From the sequence record MK962630.1: DNA of 24,000 nt. One strand, written 5' to 3'. Of the stretch, positions 15,398 through 24,000 are shown piece by piece. Position 1 is the stretch's first letter, and each line of letters opens with the position of its first letter. The translations under genes were made by a program, and so were the position numbers. The notes beneath the pieces were generated by a model, which searched no databases, was not told the origin of the DNA, and saw only the letters and a program-made list of their open reading frames with translations. This stretch comes from Achromobacter phage vB_AxyP_19-32_Axy11.

Positions 15398-16726
15398 ATG
15401 GAACAAACTACCCCTGCTATGCCGCTGAATGCAGATCAACTCGCGGCGGCCGAAGGCTTCTTTGAAAGTCTCTTTCGGCCTGAAGAAAAGGAGATCAACA
15501 TCACCGGACCCGGTGGGGTTGGTAAGACCTTCACGATGGCTTACATGATCGACTTCATCATGCCCCGCTATTTCCAGACGTGCGAACTGATGGGAATCAA
15601 GCCGGAGTACGACGAAGTTGTCATGACGGCAACCACCAACAAGGCAGCAGAAGTGCTGGCTGCGGCCACTGGCCGTGAAACAATCACGATCCATTCCCAC
15701 TTGGGTCTGACCATCAAGAACAACTTCAAGACAGGTGAAGTGGACCTGATCAAAGGTCGTAGCTGGAAGGTGCATGAACGCCAAATCGTCTTCATCGACG
15801 AAGGCTCCATGATCGACCACAAGCTGCGGACTCTGATCAAAGAAGGTCTGCTGAACTGCAAGATCGTGTACGTCAGCGATCATTGCCAGTTACCTCCGGT
15901 GATGGAAGAGATCTCTCCCATCTATACCCAGGGCTTCCCTCGCTATCACCTGTCCATTCCGATGCGTACTAACGTACCGGAACTGCTGGAACTGAACACC
16001 CACTTCCGCGACATCGTGGAAGGCAACAAGGACTGGGGTGACATCAAGATCACTCCCGGAATCGTAGATCACATCCCCGGTGGTCCTCAAGGTGGTCTGG
16101 AAATCCAGAAGCTGATCCGTGAATACTTCGTGGATCGCGCTGGCGAAGCTCGCATGTTGGCGTATACCAATCGCCGTGTGCTGGACTACAACACGTTCAT
16201 CCGTAGTGAACGTGGTATTCATGGCGAGTTTGCGGAAGGTGAAGAGCTGGTTTCCAACTCGGCAGTCCAATTGAGCACCACTCAACGACTGTCCATCGAA
16301 CAAGAAGTCACCATCAAGGAGCGTGGCAACATCATTCATCAGATTCCCATCGAAGGTGATGTGTATCTGGAATGCCGTAGCTGCACTCTGGACCTGGGCT
16401 ACGGTGGCACCATCGAACACATCATGGTTCCATGCGACTATGATCACTTCCACGCCTTGGTCAAGCACTACGCACAGACCAAGAACTGGCAGATGCACTT
16501 CGCCTTGAAGGAGAAGTACCCGGACTTGCGATCCAAGGATGCAAGCACGGTGCATAAGAGCCAAGGAAGCTCATTCGATGTGGCCTTCTTGGATCTGACG
16601 GATCTGTCCACCTGCCGTAATCCCAAGGTCGCTGCTCGTATGTTCTACGTTGCCGTGTCTCGTGCTCGCAAGCGCGTGATCATGTACGGAGAACTGGCGG
16701 AGAAGTACGGCCGCATCGTTGTCTAA
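15398..16726 (+). CDS. dda: SF1 helicase, Dda/RecD-like
   Basis: GPGGVGKTFTMAYM, TATTNKAAEVLA, VFIDEGSMID, CQLPPV, ASTVHKSQGSSFD, FYVAVSRARKRV. Confidence 0.88.
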   Translation: MEQTTPAMPLNADQLAAAEGFFESLFRPEEKEINITGPGGVGKTFTMAYMIDFIMPRYFQTCELMGIKPEYDEVVMTATTNKAAEVLAAATGRETITIHSHLGLTIKNNFKTGEVDLIKGRSWKVHERQIVFIDEGSMIDHKLRTLIKEGLLNCKIVYVSDHCQLPPVMEEISPIYTQGFPRYHLSIPMRTNVPELLELNTHFRDIVEGNKDWGDIKITPGIVDHIPGGPQGGLEIQKLIREYFVDRAGEARMLAYTNRRVLDYNTFIRSERGIHGEFAEGEELVSNSAVQLSTTQRLSIEQEVTIKERGNIIHQIPIEGDVYLECRSCTLDLGYGGTIEHIMVPCDYDHFHALVKHYAQTKNWQMHFALKEKYPDLRSKDASTVHKSQGSSFDVAFLDLTDLSTCRNPKVAARMFYVAVSRARKRVIMYGELAEKYGRIVV

Positions 16727-16736
16727 GGAGGCTGCT

Positions 16737-17258
16737 ATGCAGTTGGCGGAAGCATCCCTAGTAGCCAAAACCAACAGTTGTGCGTTGGTGAAGGAACTGT
16801 TCAAAGCCGAGTTGCGTCGGCTGGATGGACTGTTGGAGGAAATCGCTTTGGCGAATGACCGAATCAAGGGCATTCCTTTCACTGCGGGTTTCCTCTTCAA
16901 TGGTGAATTCTACAAACGCAACACGGCCAGGAACACTCCGGGCCGTGGAGAAAAAGTAGATCTGGATTACTCGTTGACCGACCAGATGCTGTCCTTCTGC
17001 AAGGAAACGGCTCTGCTGCTCAATGACATCCAGATGATCAACCAGATGGTTTTCCGGTTGGTCAAAGGCTGTGAAACGAACCAAGATGTGCGTGATGCTC
17101 TGCCTGAATGCCTTGCTGGATTCAGCGAAGCAATGCGTGCATTGCCCAGAACCAGGGAAGCTGGATACACCCTGGAAGGCGATGAGCGTGCTCAACGTCA
17201 GTATGCAAAGATTCTGCCCCGCATGGAGTTCTATTCCGTGATGGGCTTGATCTACTAG
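16737..17258 (+). CDS. hypothetical protein
   Basis: ATG 16737 preceded by AAGGAGG; 173 aa. Confidence 0.65.
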   Translation: MQLAEASLVAKTNSCALVKELFKAELRRLDGLLEEIALANDRIKGIPFTAGFLFNGEFYKRNTARNTPGRGEKVDLDYSLTDQMLSFCKETALLLNDIQMINQMVFRLVKGCETNQDVRDALPECLAGFSEAMRALPRTREAGYTLEGDERAQRQYAKILPRMEFYSVMGLIY

Positions 17259-17268
17259 GAGAGGTGCT

Positions 17269-19857
17269 ATGCACTTTGCTACCTATGGGAGCAATCCCAC
17301 AGGGGCTTACAAGATCGCTATCCTCGTTTCTTCTATCCGCAAGGATGAAATCAAGTCGGCCTATATGGACCAATTTGGTATCAAGGACGAGGATGTGATT
17401 GTGATGGATCTCCATCAGGCTCCTGGAAAAAAGAAGACTCCTGTGAAGGAGATCAAGGAATACATTCAGGAAGAGGTGTACCCACGTCTGCTGGACTACC
17501 AAATCCAGTACGTGGTGTGCGCTGATCCTGAATATTTCAAGGTGTTGTCCGGCTTACCGAAAGCGGACGTGAATCTCGGCTATGTGGTGGACTCCATCAT
17601 CGATGGAGTGAAAGTTCTCTACGTGCCGAACTATCGTTCGATCTTCTATGACCCGCCCAAGGTCAAAGCCAAGATTGCACTCGGGATGGACGCTCTCGTT
17701 GCTGCCATGAGCAACACGTACATCCCCCCTGGTTCCAACATCATCAAGTTTGCGGAGTATCCGCGAACGACTGATGAGATCAAACAGTGGTTGCTGAAGT
17801 TGCTGGCGATGAAGAAGCCTCTGGCTATCGACATTGAAGCATTCGACCTAAAGCACCACAAAGCAGGAATCGGCACGATCACTTTCTGTTGGTCCAAAAG
17901 TGAAGGCATTGCTTTCCCCGTGGACTATCAGGAAATTCCTGGGGCTACCTCTGCTCCTTATGGAAAGAACGTGCGCAACGAAGATGTACGGAACATGCTT
18001 CGGGAGTTCTTCGAGCACTACATGGAAACTGCGCTGTATCACAATGCAGCATATGACGTGTATGTGCTCATTTATCAGCTATTCATGGCTGACATATTGG
18101 ACACCGAAGGGTTGCTCAAGGGGATGGATATCCTCATGAGGAACTATCACTGCACCAAGCTCATCACTTATCTGGCAACGAACAGTTGTGCAGGAAATAA
18201 GCTGGGCTTGAAAGAGCAAGCACAGGAGTATGCAGGCAACTATGCGGTAGAAGAGATCAAGGACATCACCTTGGTTCCGCTGCCCAAGCTGCTTGAGTAC
18301 AACTTGGTGGACGGTCTGTCCACTTGGTACACCTTCGAGAAGCGTTATCCCCAGATGATTGCTGATCAACAGGAGGAAGTGTACGAAGGCTTGTTCAAGG
18401 ATGCGAATCTAGACATTGTTCAGATGCAGTTGACGGGCATGCCCATCAACCAGAAGAGGGTGGCAGAGGTCAAGGCGATCATGCAGAAGGACCACGATGT
18501 GGCTATGAGCACGATCCTCAACAACCAAGCAGTGATTTCATTCACTGACGTGCTGAACCAGAAATGGGTGGCAGCAAAGAATGCCAAGCTGAAGGTGAAG
18601 CGAGTATCTCTGGCCGACGCCAAAGAGGTCTTCAATCCCAACAGCAATCCTCAGCTTCAATCGTTGCTTTTCGAGTTCCTGAAGCTGCCGGTGCTGGGAC
18701 TCACTGATAGCAAACAACCATCCACTGATGGCGACACCATCAAGAACCTGCGGAACCATACCAAGGATCCTGTGATTCATGAACTGCTCAATGCACTCAT
18801 GGACTACAACGCAGTGAACAAGATCCTCACAAGCTTCATTCCAGCAATGGAAGAGGCTGCATTGGGTCCGGATGGTTGGCACTACCTCTTCGGCAATTTC
18901 GTGCTGGGTGGCACGGTATCTGGGCGTCTGTCCAGTAACTCTCCGAACCTTCAGAACCTGCCCGCCAAGGGCAAGTATGCGAAGCTGATCAAGTCTTGCT
19001 TCCAGGCACCACCTGGATGGATTTTTGCAGGACTGGATTTCGCTTCTCTTGAAGATCGGATCTCTGCCCTCACAACGAAAGACCCGAACAAGCTGAAGGT
19101 GTACACCGACGGCTATGACGGTCACTGCCTACGAGCGTTCTCCTACTTCGGAGACCAGATGCCTGACATCGTGGATACGGTGGAAAGCATCAACTCGATC
19201 CAGGACAAATACAGCGTCCTCCGTGGTGAATCGAAAGCACCGACCTTTGCCCTGACCTATCAAGGCACTTGGATCACTCTGATGAAGAACTGCGGCTTCT
19301 CGGAAGAGAAGGCCAAGCTGGTGGAACGTCGCTACCACGAGCTTTACCAGCACAGCACTCAATGGGTGCAGGACAAGCTGGATCAAGCGGCCAAGGATGG
19401 CTACATCACAGTGGCCTTCGGTCTGCGTCTACGGACTCCCCTGCTCTATCAGGTGATTCGTGGAACCAGAAGCACCCCCTATGAAGCGGAAGCCGAGGGA
19501 CGGACTGCTGGCAATGCCCTGGGGCAAAGCTGGTGCCTGCTGAATAGCAGAGCATGGTCCGAATTCATGGGCAAGGTGAGGAAGTCGGAACACCGGCTGA
19601 CGATCCGTCCATGCGCCCAGATTCACGATGCAGGTTACGCACTGATCAAGGATGACATTTCTGTAGTCATGTACATGAATGAACATCTGGTCAAGGCCGT
19701 GAACTGGAACGAGCATCCGGATATCTACCATCCAGATGTTGGTTTGGGCGGGGATCTGTCCCTGTTCTACCCGTCGTGGGAAAAAGAAATCACCATCAGC
19801 AACGGAGCTTCCGAAGCTGAAGTCATCGCAACCATACAAGAGGCCATGCAACCATGA
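17269..19857 (+). CDS. family A DNA polymerase with 3'-5' exonuclease-like domain
   Basis: 862 aa. AIDIEAF exonuclease-I-like motif; motif A FAGLDFASLEDR; motif B RGESKAPTFALTYQG; motif C AQIHDAGY. Confidence 0.92.
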   Translation: MHFATYGSNPTGAYKIAILVSSIRKDEIKSAYMDQFGIKDEDVIVMDLHQAPGKKKTPVKEIKEYIQEEVYPRLLDYQIQYVVCADPEYFKVLSGLPKADVNLGYVVDSIIDGVKVLYVPNYRSIFYDPPKVKAKIALGMDALVAAMSNTYIPPGSNIIKFAEYPRTTDEIKQWLLKLLAMKKPLAIDIEAFDLKHHKAGIGTITFCWSKSEGIAFPVDYQEIPGATSAPYGKNVRNEDVRNMLREFFEHYMETALYHNAAYDVYVLIYQLFMADILDTEGLLKGMDILMRNYHCTKLITYLATNSCAGNKLGLKEQAQEYAGNYAVEEIKDITLVPLPKLLEYNLVDGLSTWYTFEKRYPQMIADQQEEVYEGLFKDANLDIVQMQLTGMPINQKRVAEVKAIMQKDHDVAMSTILNNQAVISFTDVLNQKWVAAKNAKLKVKRVSLADAKEVFNPNSNPQLQSLLFEFLKLPVLGLTDSKQPSTDGDTIKNLRNHTKDPVIHELLNALMDYNAVNKILTSFIPAMEEAALGPDGWHYLFGNFVLGGTVSGRLSSNSPNLQNLPAKGKYAKLIKSCFQAPPGWIFAGLDFASLEDRISALTTKDPNKLKVYTDGYDGHCLRAFSYFGDQMPDIVDTVESINSIQDKYSVLRGESKAPTFALTYQGTWITLMKNCGFSEEKAKLVERRYHELYQHSTQWVQDKLDQAAKDGYITVAFGLRLRTPLLYQVIRGTRSTPYEAEAEGRTAGNALGQSWCLLNSRAWSEFMGKVRKSEHRLTIRPCAQIHDAGYALIKDDISVVMYMNEHLVKAVNWNEHPDIYHPDVGLGGDLSLFYPSWEKEITISNGASEAEVIATIQEAMQP

Positions 19858-20303
19858 GCACGAAGCAATCGAGCAACACTGCCCCCAAGTACCATCACTG
19901 GCTCATCTGCGCCCTGGTGGTGTTCCAGATCAAGGATCCCAAACCCGGTGAAGATGCCGGTGCTGCCATGCAGGTCAATGCCGTCCTGCACACCAAGGAA
20001 AAGAACATCACCGCCGCCGACATGGGTCGTGCTCAAGCCGTCGTCATGCACAACTTCACCGACAAGGTGCAGGACGAGCGCATGAAGATCATGGACATCG
20101 TGTGGCAGAACCTGTCGCACATGGGCTACATGAGCCAGGCGGAATACCTGGGAGCCAAGGAAGGCCAAGCCCTGGTCGAACGTGAAGTTCCCCGCACCTC
20201 CAGCGGCGAGAGCCTGGAGAAGACCCCTGCCCGTGTCCTGTCGGTCATCGAAGGTGGCAAGCCTGTCCCCACTTCCGACGGCGTGGCCCCCGGCGAGGAC
20301 TAA
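19854..20303 (+). CDS. hypothetical protein
   Basis: ATG overlaps the polymerase stop; 149 aa. Confidence 0.65.
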   Translation: MSTKQSSNTAPKYHHWLICALVVFQIKDPKPGEDAGAAMQVNAVLHTKEKNITAADMGRAQAVVMHNFTDKVQDERMKIMDIVWQNLSHMGYMSQAEYLGAKEGQALVEREVPRTSSGESLEKTPARVLSVIEGGKPVPTSDGVAPGED

Positions 20304-20306
20304 GCC

Positions 20307-20777
20307 ATGGCTGCGGAAAATTCGGGAGGACGGGTAAACTACTACCTCGTCAGCGTGGATCACCCGCAGCGTGAGGAACAGCCTGCCTACCAAGCAGAGT
20401 GTGAGGACATCATCGAAGCTCTGGAACTCAACTTCGATGAAGCCAACATCTTCAAGGAAATCTGGCGTACCGCTCGCGCTCGCCAGGGATCCAAGAAGGA
20501 AGGCAATACCACCCTGCGTGCAGCCCAGAAGATCGTGCATTACGCAGGTCGTATCCTTCGTCGAGTCACCCGCCAGCAGGCGACTGCTGTTCAGGATGGC
20601 TGGATGGCTTGGGGTGGCAGGCTGATATCACCGATGGAATTGAAAAGCACAGACGCTGTGCTGATCAAAACCAAGGATGGCAATTCGTCAGGGCCGTACC
20701 ACGTCATGGACTTGCAGTGGCAGCATGACAAAAGTGCCAGTGACGGTTCCAAAATAACGCACTACCGCAAGGTGTGA
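20307..20777 (+). CDS. hypothetical protein
   Basis: 156 aa ORF 3 nt after the preceding stop. Confidence 0.6.
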   Translation: MAAENSGGRVNYYLVSVDHPQREEQPAYQAECEDIIEALELNFDEANIFKEIWRTARARQGSKKEGNTTLRAAQKIVHYAGRILRRVTRQQATAVQDGWMAWGGRLISPMELKSTDAVLIKTKDGNSSGPYHVMDLQWQHDKSASDGSKITHYRKV

Positions 20778-20781
20778 TCCC

Positions 20782-20804
20782 AAGCCCCCATAGTCTGGGG
20801 GCTT
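20782..20804 (+). terminator. terminator-like hairpin
   Basis: AAGCCCCCA-TAGTC-TGGGGGCTT followed by TCTAATCTT. Confidence 0.7.
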
Positions 20805-20826
20805 TCTAATCTTCAGGAGATCAGCA

Positions 20827-21819
20827 ATGCGTATCACCAACCTCGCAGGAGTGTCACTGCCCTTGGCAGTGTGGCTCCTGTATGACGAGTACGACTACAT
20901 CAAAGAGGAAAACTACATCAGTGCCACTGGCCTGATGAAGCCTCTGCGACAGATCGTGCTTGCCAACCGAGTGGACAAGGAAACTCAGTCCCTCGATGTG
21001 CTGGATCTGTTCCGTTCTTCGCTGGGCCATGCTCTGCATGACTCCATCGAGAAGGCATGGCTCAAGGGTCACCGTCGCAGTCTCAAGCTGCTGGGCTATC
21101 CCGAGAATGTCATCGACATGGTACGGATCAACCCCTCCGATGCTGAACTGGCGGCCACTCCTGGCTGCATTCCGGTGTACATGGAGCAACGAAACATCCG
21201 TGAGATTGAAGTGGACGGTCACGTCTACAAGATCGGCGGCAAGTTCGACCTGTGTATCGAAGGCATGTTGCAGGACTACAAGTCCACTTCAGCCTTTGTC
21301 TGGGTCGCAGGTTCCCGTGACGATGAACATCGTGAACAGGGAAGCATCTATCGTTGGCTGCATCGTGACAAGATCACCAGCGACCATATCCGCATCAACT
21401 ACATCTTCACGGACTGGAAGAAGTACGAGACGAAGAACAACCCGAAGTATCCCGAGCATCCCATCATGCACAAGGACATTTCGTTGTGGTCGATAGCGGA
21501 AACGGAAGAGTGGATCAAAGCCAAGATCCGCCAGATCATCAAACACCAGGATGCACCCGAACCCAAGGTTCCGGAATGCACTGACGAAGAACTGTGGAAG
21601 TCCGATCCGGTCTACAAGTATTTCTCCGATCCGGAGAAAGCCAAGATTCCTGGTTCGCGCTCCACCAAGAACTTCGACAGCATGCCTGAAGCTCGCGTCT
21701 TCATGATGAACGAGAAGAAGGGCAAGGGAACCATTGTGACTGTACCGGGGGAACCCAAACGGTGCAGCTACTGTGGCGTATTCGACGTGTGCAGTCAAAA
21801 GGACAGGTACATCAAATGA
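20827..21819 (+). CDS. PD-(D/E)XK nuclease, Cas4/RecB-like
   Basis: ALHDSIEKAW, GKFDLCIEGMLQDYKST, and C-terminal CSYCGVFDVC (C-x2-C-x5-C). Confidence 0.75.
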   Translation: MRITNLAGVSLPLAVWLLYDEYDYIKEENYISATGLMKPLRQIVLANRVDKETQSLDVLDLFRSSLGHALHDSIEKAWLKGHRRSLKLLGYPENVIDMVRINPSDAELAATPGCIPVYMEQRNIREIEVDGHVYKIGGKFDLCIEGMLQDYKSTSAFVWVAGSRDDEHREQGSIYRWLHRDKITSDHIRINYIFTDWKKYETKNNPKYPEHPIMHKDISLWSIAETEEWIKAKIRQIIKHQDAPEPKVPECTDEELWKSDPVYKYFSDPEKAKIPGSRSTKNFDSMPEARVFMMNEKKGKGTIVTVPGEPKRCSYCGVFDVCSQKDRYIK

Positions 21820-23978
21820 GCATTGACCTCACCGGGGTAACGCACCACCCCGCAATCGAACAGATTGTGGACGTGCTGTGCAATAAGACCCAGAACACTG
21901 ACCGGGGGTTCTTCCGTGTCGAGGCGGCCTACTTCTTGGCGAAGATGGCCGCATCGCAGCGGGCAACCATCGTCACCAAGGATCGTGGCGAAATCCCGGT
22001 CAACATCTACGCCTTGGCCTTGGCAACATCGGGCTATGGCAAGGGCCACAGTGTGAACATCGTGGAAACGGAGTTCCTCGCTGGGTTCAAGAAGCGTTTC
22101 GTTGAGGAAACGATGCCACTCCAGGCCGACCAGCATCTCTGGTATCTGGCCAACTCTCGTGCTGCACGCAATGGGAGTGATCAACAGGAAGAGTATGACA
22201 AGCTGGCGAAGGAATACCATCGCCAGGGAACGTACCCTTTCACCTTCGACTCTGGTACTGCACCGGCCGTCAAGCAACTGCGTCATCGCTTGTTGTTGGC
22301 CAACTGTGGTTCCATCAACCTCCAGATTGACGAGATTGGCTCCAACCTTGTCAATGAAGTCGAAGTGCTCAACGTGTTTCTGGAGCTGTATGACCAGGGC
22401 ATGGTGAAGCTGAAGCTCGTCAAGAACACTGCGGATAACACCCGTGGTGAGGAACTGGATGGAAAGACTCCCGCCAACATGCTGCTGTTCGGTACTCCGA
22501 GCAAGTTGCTGGATGGCGGACAGACTGAAAACCTGTTCTACGACTTCCTGGAAACGGGCTATGCCCGTCGTTGTATCTTCGGCATTGGTCAGCAGGACCG
22601 TAAGGCCATTCACAGTCAAACGCCCGAAGAGATCTACAAGCGTCTGACAGACACCAGCAATTCGTCCACGGTGAGCCATTGGGCAACCCACTTCCATTCG
22701 CTGGCTGCACCCACGAAGTTCGGCTGGAAGATGCAGGTGGAAGATGATGTCGGCATTGCGCTGATCGCCTACAAAGCGGACTGCGAGATGCAGGCAGAAG
22801 CCATGGCAGGTCACGAAGAAATCCGCAAAGCGGAAATCAGCCACCGCTACTTCAAAGCTCTCAAGCTGGCAGGTGCGTTGGCATTCGTGGATGAGTCCAT
22901 GGAAATCGAAATGGACCACCTGAAGCAAGCCATCCTGCTGGTGGAAGAATCCGGTGCTGCATTCCAATCGATCCTCAATCGTGAGAAGACCTATGTCAAG
23001 CTGGCCAAGTATCTGGCAAGCGTCGGCACGGAGCAGACTCACGCGGATCTGCTGGAAGCGTTGCCCTTCTACAAGAGCGGCAATGCTGCACGCAATGAGA
23101 TGATGACCCTGGCTATCGCCTGGGGCTACAAGCAACACATCATCATCAAGAAGACGTATGTCGATGGTATCGACTTCTTCCGTGGGGAATCCCTGAAGGA
23201 AACCGATCTCAGCGACATGATGCTGTCGTACAGCGATAACTGGGCCTATGGCTACAGCAAGGATCCGAACAAGATCCCGTTCGACAAGCTTCACGTCTTG
23301 ACCCAGGCACCTGATATGCACTGGGCCAACCACTACTTCAAGAAAGATCATCGTGCAGAAGAGAATGCAATTGCAGGCTTCAACATGATCGTGATCGACG
23401 TGGACGGCGATGTCTCGCTGGAAACGTGTCACGAACTGATGAAAGACTACAAGTTCATGACCTACACGACGAAGCGACATACCGAAGAGGAAAATCGCTT
23501 CCGTCTGATCCTGCCGATGAACTACACGTTGGAATTGGATTCCGAGGAATACAAGGAATTCATGAACAACGTGATGGAGTGGCTCCCGTTCAAGACGGAT
23601 GAGTCGGCCAATCAGCGATCAAAGAAGTGGATGACCTGCGATCAGGGCAGCTACCACTACAACATGGATGCGCCTTTGCTGGATGTGCGGGACTTCATTC
23701 CTCGCACGACTAAGAACGAACAGTTCAAGCAAGGCATGCAGAAGGTTGAATCGCTGGACAATCTGGAGCGTTGGTTCGCCCAACGGATTGCTACGGGTAA
23801 CCGGAACAATCACATGCTCAAGTTTGCCCTGGCTCTGGTGGACTCGGGCAAGGAGTTTGGTGAGGTGCGGACCTTGGTTCACGCCTTCAACAAGAAGCTC
23901 AACAATCCCTTGGATTCTGATGAGCTTGACTCCACTGTGTTGGTGACCGCTGCGAAGCGCTACAACGCCAACAATTGA
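21816..23978 (+). CDS. DUF3987-like helicase-like domain fused to C-terminal primase-like domain
   Basis: N-terminal ALATSGYGKGHSVN ... INLQIDEIGSN; C-terminal MIVIDVDGDVSLETC...YTTKRHTEEENRFRLILPMN resembles archaeo-eukaryotic primase-like domains of phage replication proteins. The window ends shortly after. Confidence 0.65.
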   Translation: MSIDLTGVTHHPAIEQIVDVLCNKTQNTDRGFFRVEAAYFLAKMAASQRATIVTKDRGEIPVNIYALALATSGYGKGHSVNIVETEFLAGFKKRFVEETMPLQADQHLWYLANSRAARNGSDQQEEYDKLAKEYHRQGTYPFTFDSGTAPAVKQLRHRLLLANCGSINLQIDEIGSNLVNEVEVLNVFLELYDQGMVKLKLVKNTADNTRGEELDGKTPANMLLFGTPSKLLDGGQTENLFYDFLETGYARRCIFGIGQQDRKAIHSQTPEEIYKRLTDTSNSSTVSHWATHFHSLAAPTKFGWKMQVEDDVGIALIAYKADCEMQAEAMAGHEEIRKAEISHRYFKALKLAGALAFVDESMEIEMDHLKQAILLVEESGAAFQSILNREKTYVKLAKYLASVGTEQTHADLLEALPFYKSGNAARNEMMTLAIAWGYKQHIIIKKTYVDGIDFFRGESLKETDLSDMMLSYSDNWAYGYSKDPNKIPFDKLHVLTQAPDMHWANHYFKKDHRAEENAIAGFNMIVIDVDGDVSLETCHELMKDYKFMTYTTKRHTEEENRFRLILPMNYTLELDSEEYKEFMNNVMEWLPFKTDESANQRSKKWMTCDQGSYHYNMDAPLLDVRDFIPRTTKNEQFKQGMQKVESLDNLERWFAQRIATGNRNNHMLKFALALVDSGKEFGEVRTLVHAFNKKLNNPLDSDELDSTVLVTAAKRYNANN

Positions 23979-24000
23979 GAAGACGACCAGTCCTTTGCTT

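Noticed and set aside
21795-23480. 561-aa minus-strand ORF
   Set aside because: Shadow ORF opposite the helicase/primase-like gene; no motif.
1-24000. CRISPR arrays, transposases, toxin-antitoxin or retron-like loci
   Set aside because: No regularly spaced direct repeats, no IS-type genes and no reverse transcriptase motif seen. Small ORFs in compact phage operons are not enough to call TA systems.

Overview
The window is a gene-dense, almost entirely plus-strand segment of a large lytic tailed-phage genome. Short intergenic gaps and many ATGA stop/start overlaps support this. Recognisable coding content: an HNH endonuclease; a MoxR-type AAA+ ATPase with a metallopeptidase/VWA partner; a dCTP deaminase/dUTPase-family protein; thioredoxin; ThyX-like flavin-dependent thymidylate synthase; rIIA-like GHKL ATPase and rIIB-like protein; a small HTH protein; a MazG-like NTP pyrophosphohydrolase; a Dda/RecD-like SF1 helicase; a family A DNA polymerase; a Cas4/RecB-like PD-(D/E)XK nuclease; and a DUF3987-like/primase-like fusion. 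The stand-out region is the ~1.8 kb non-coding block at about 5.97-7.81 kb. It carries tRNA-like elements with abnormal anticodon arms and what I read as a circularly permuted (two-piece) tmRNA. The acceptor piece, with T-arm and encoded CCA ending at 7414, lies upstream of the 5' acceptor strand and tag ORF (7528 onward; tag ANDDYIRVAA). The two acceptor strands pair over all 7 positions, including the G3.U70 wobble. This suggests a betaproteobacterial or similar host (inference). All structures were paired by eye; no folding or database search was run.
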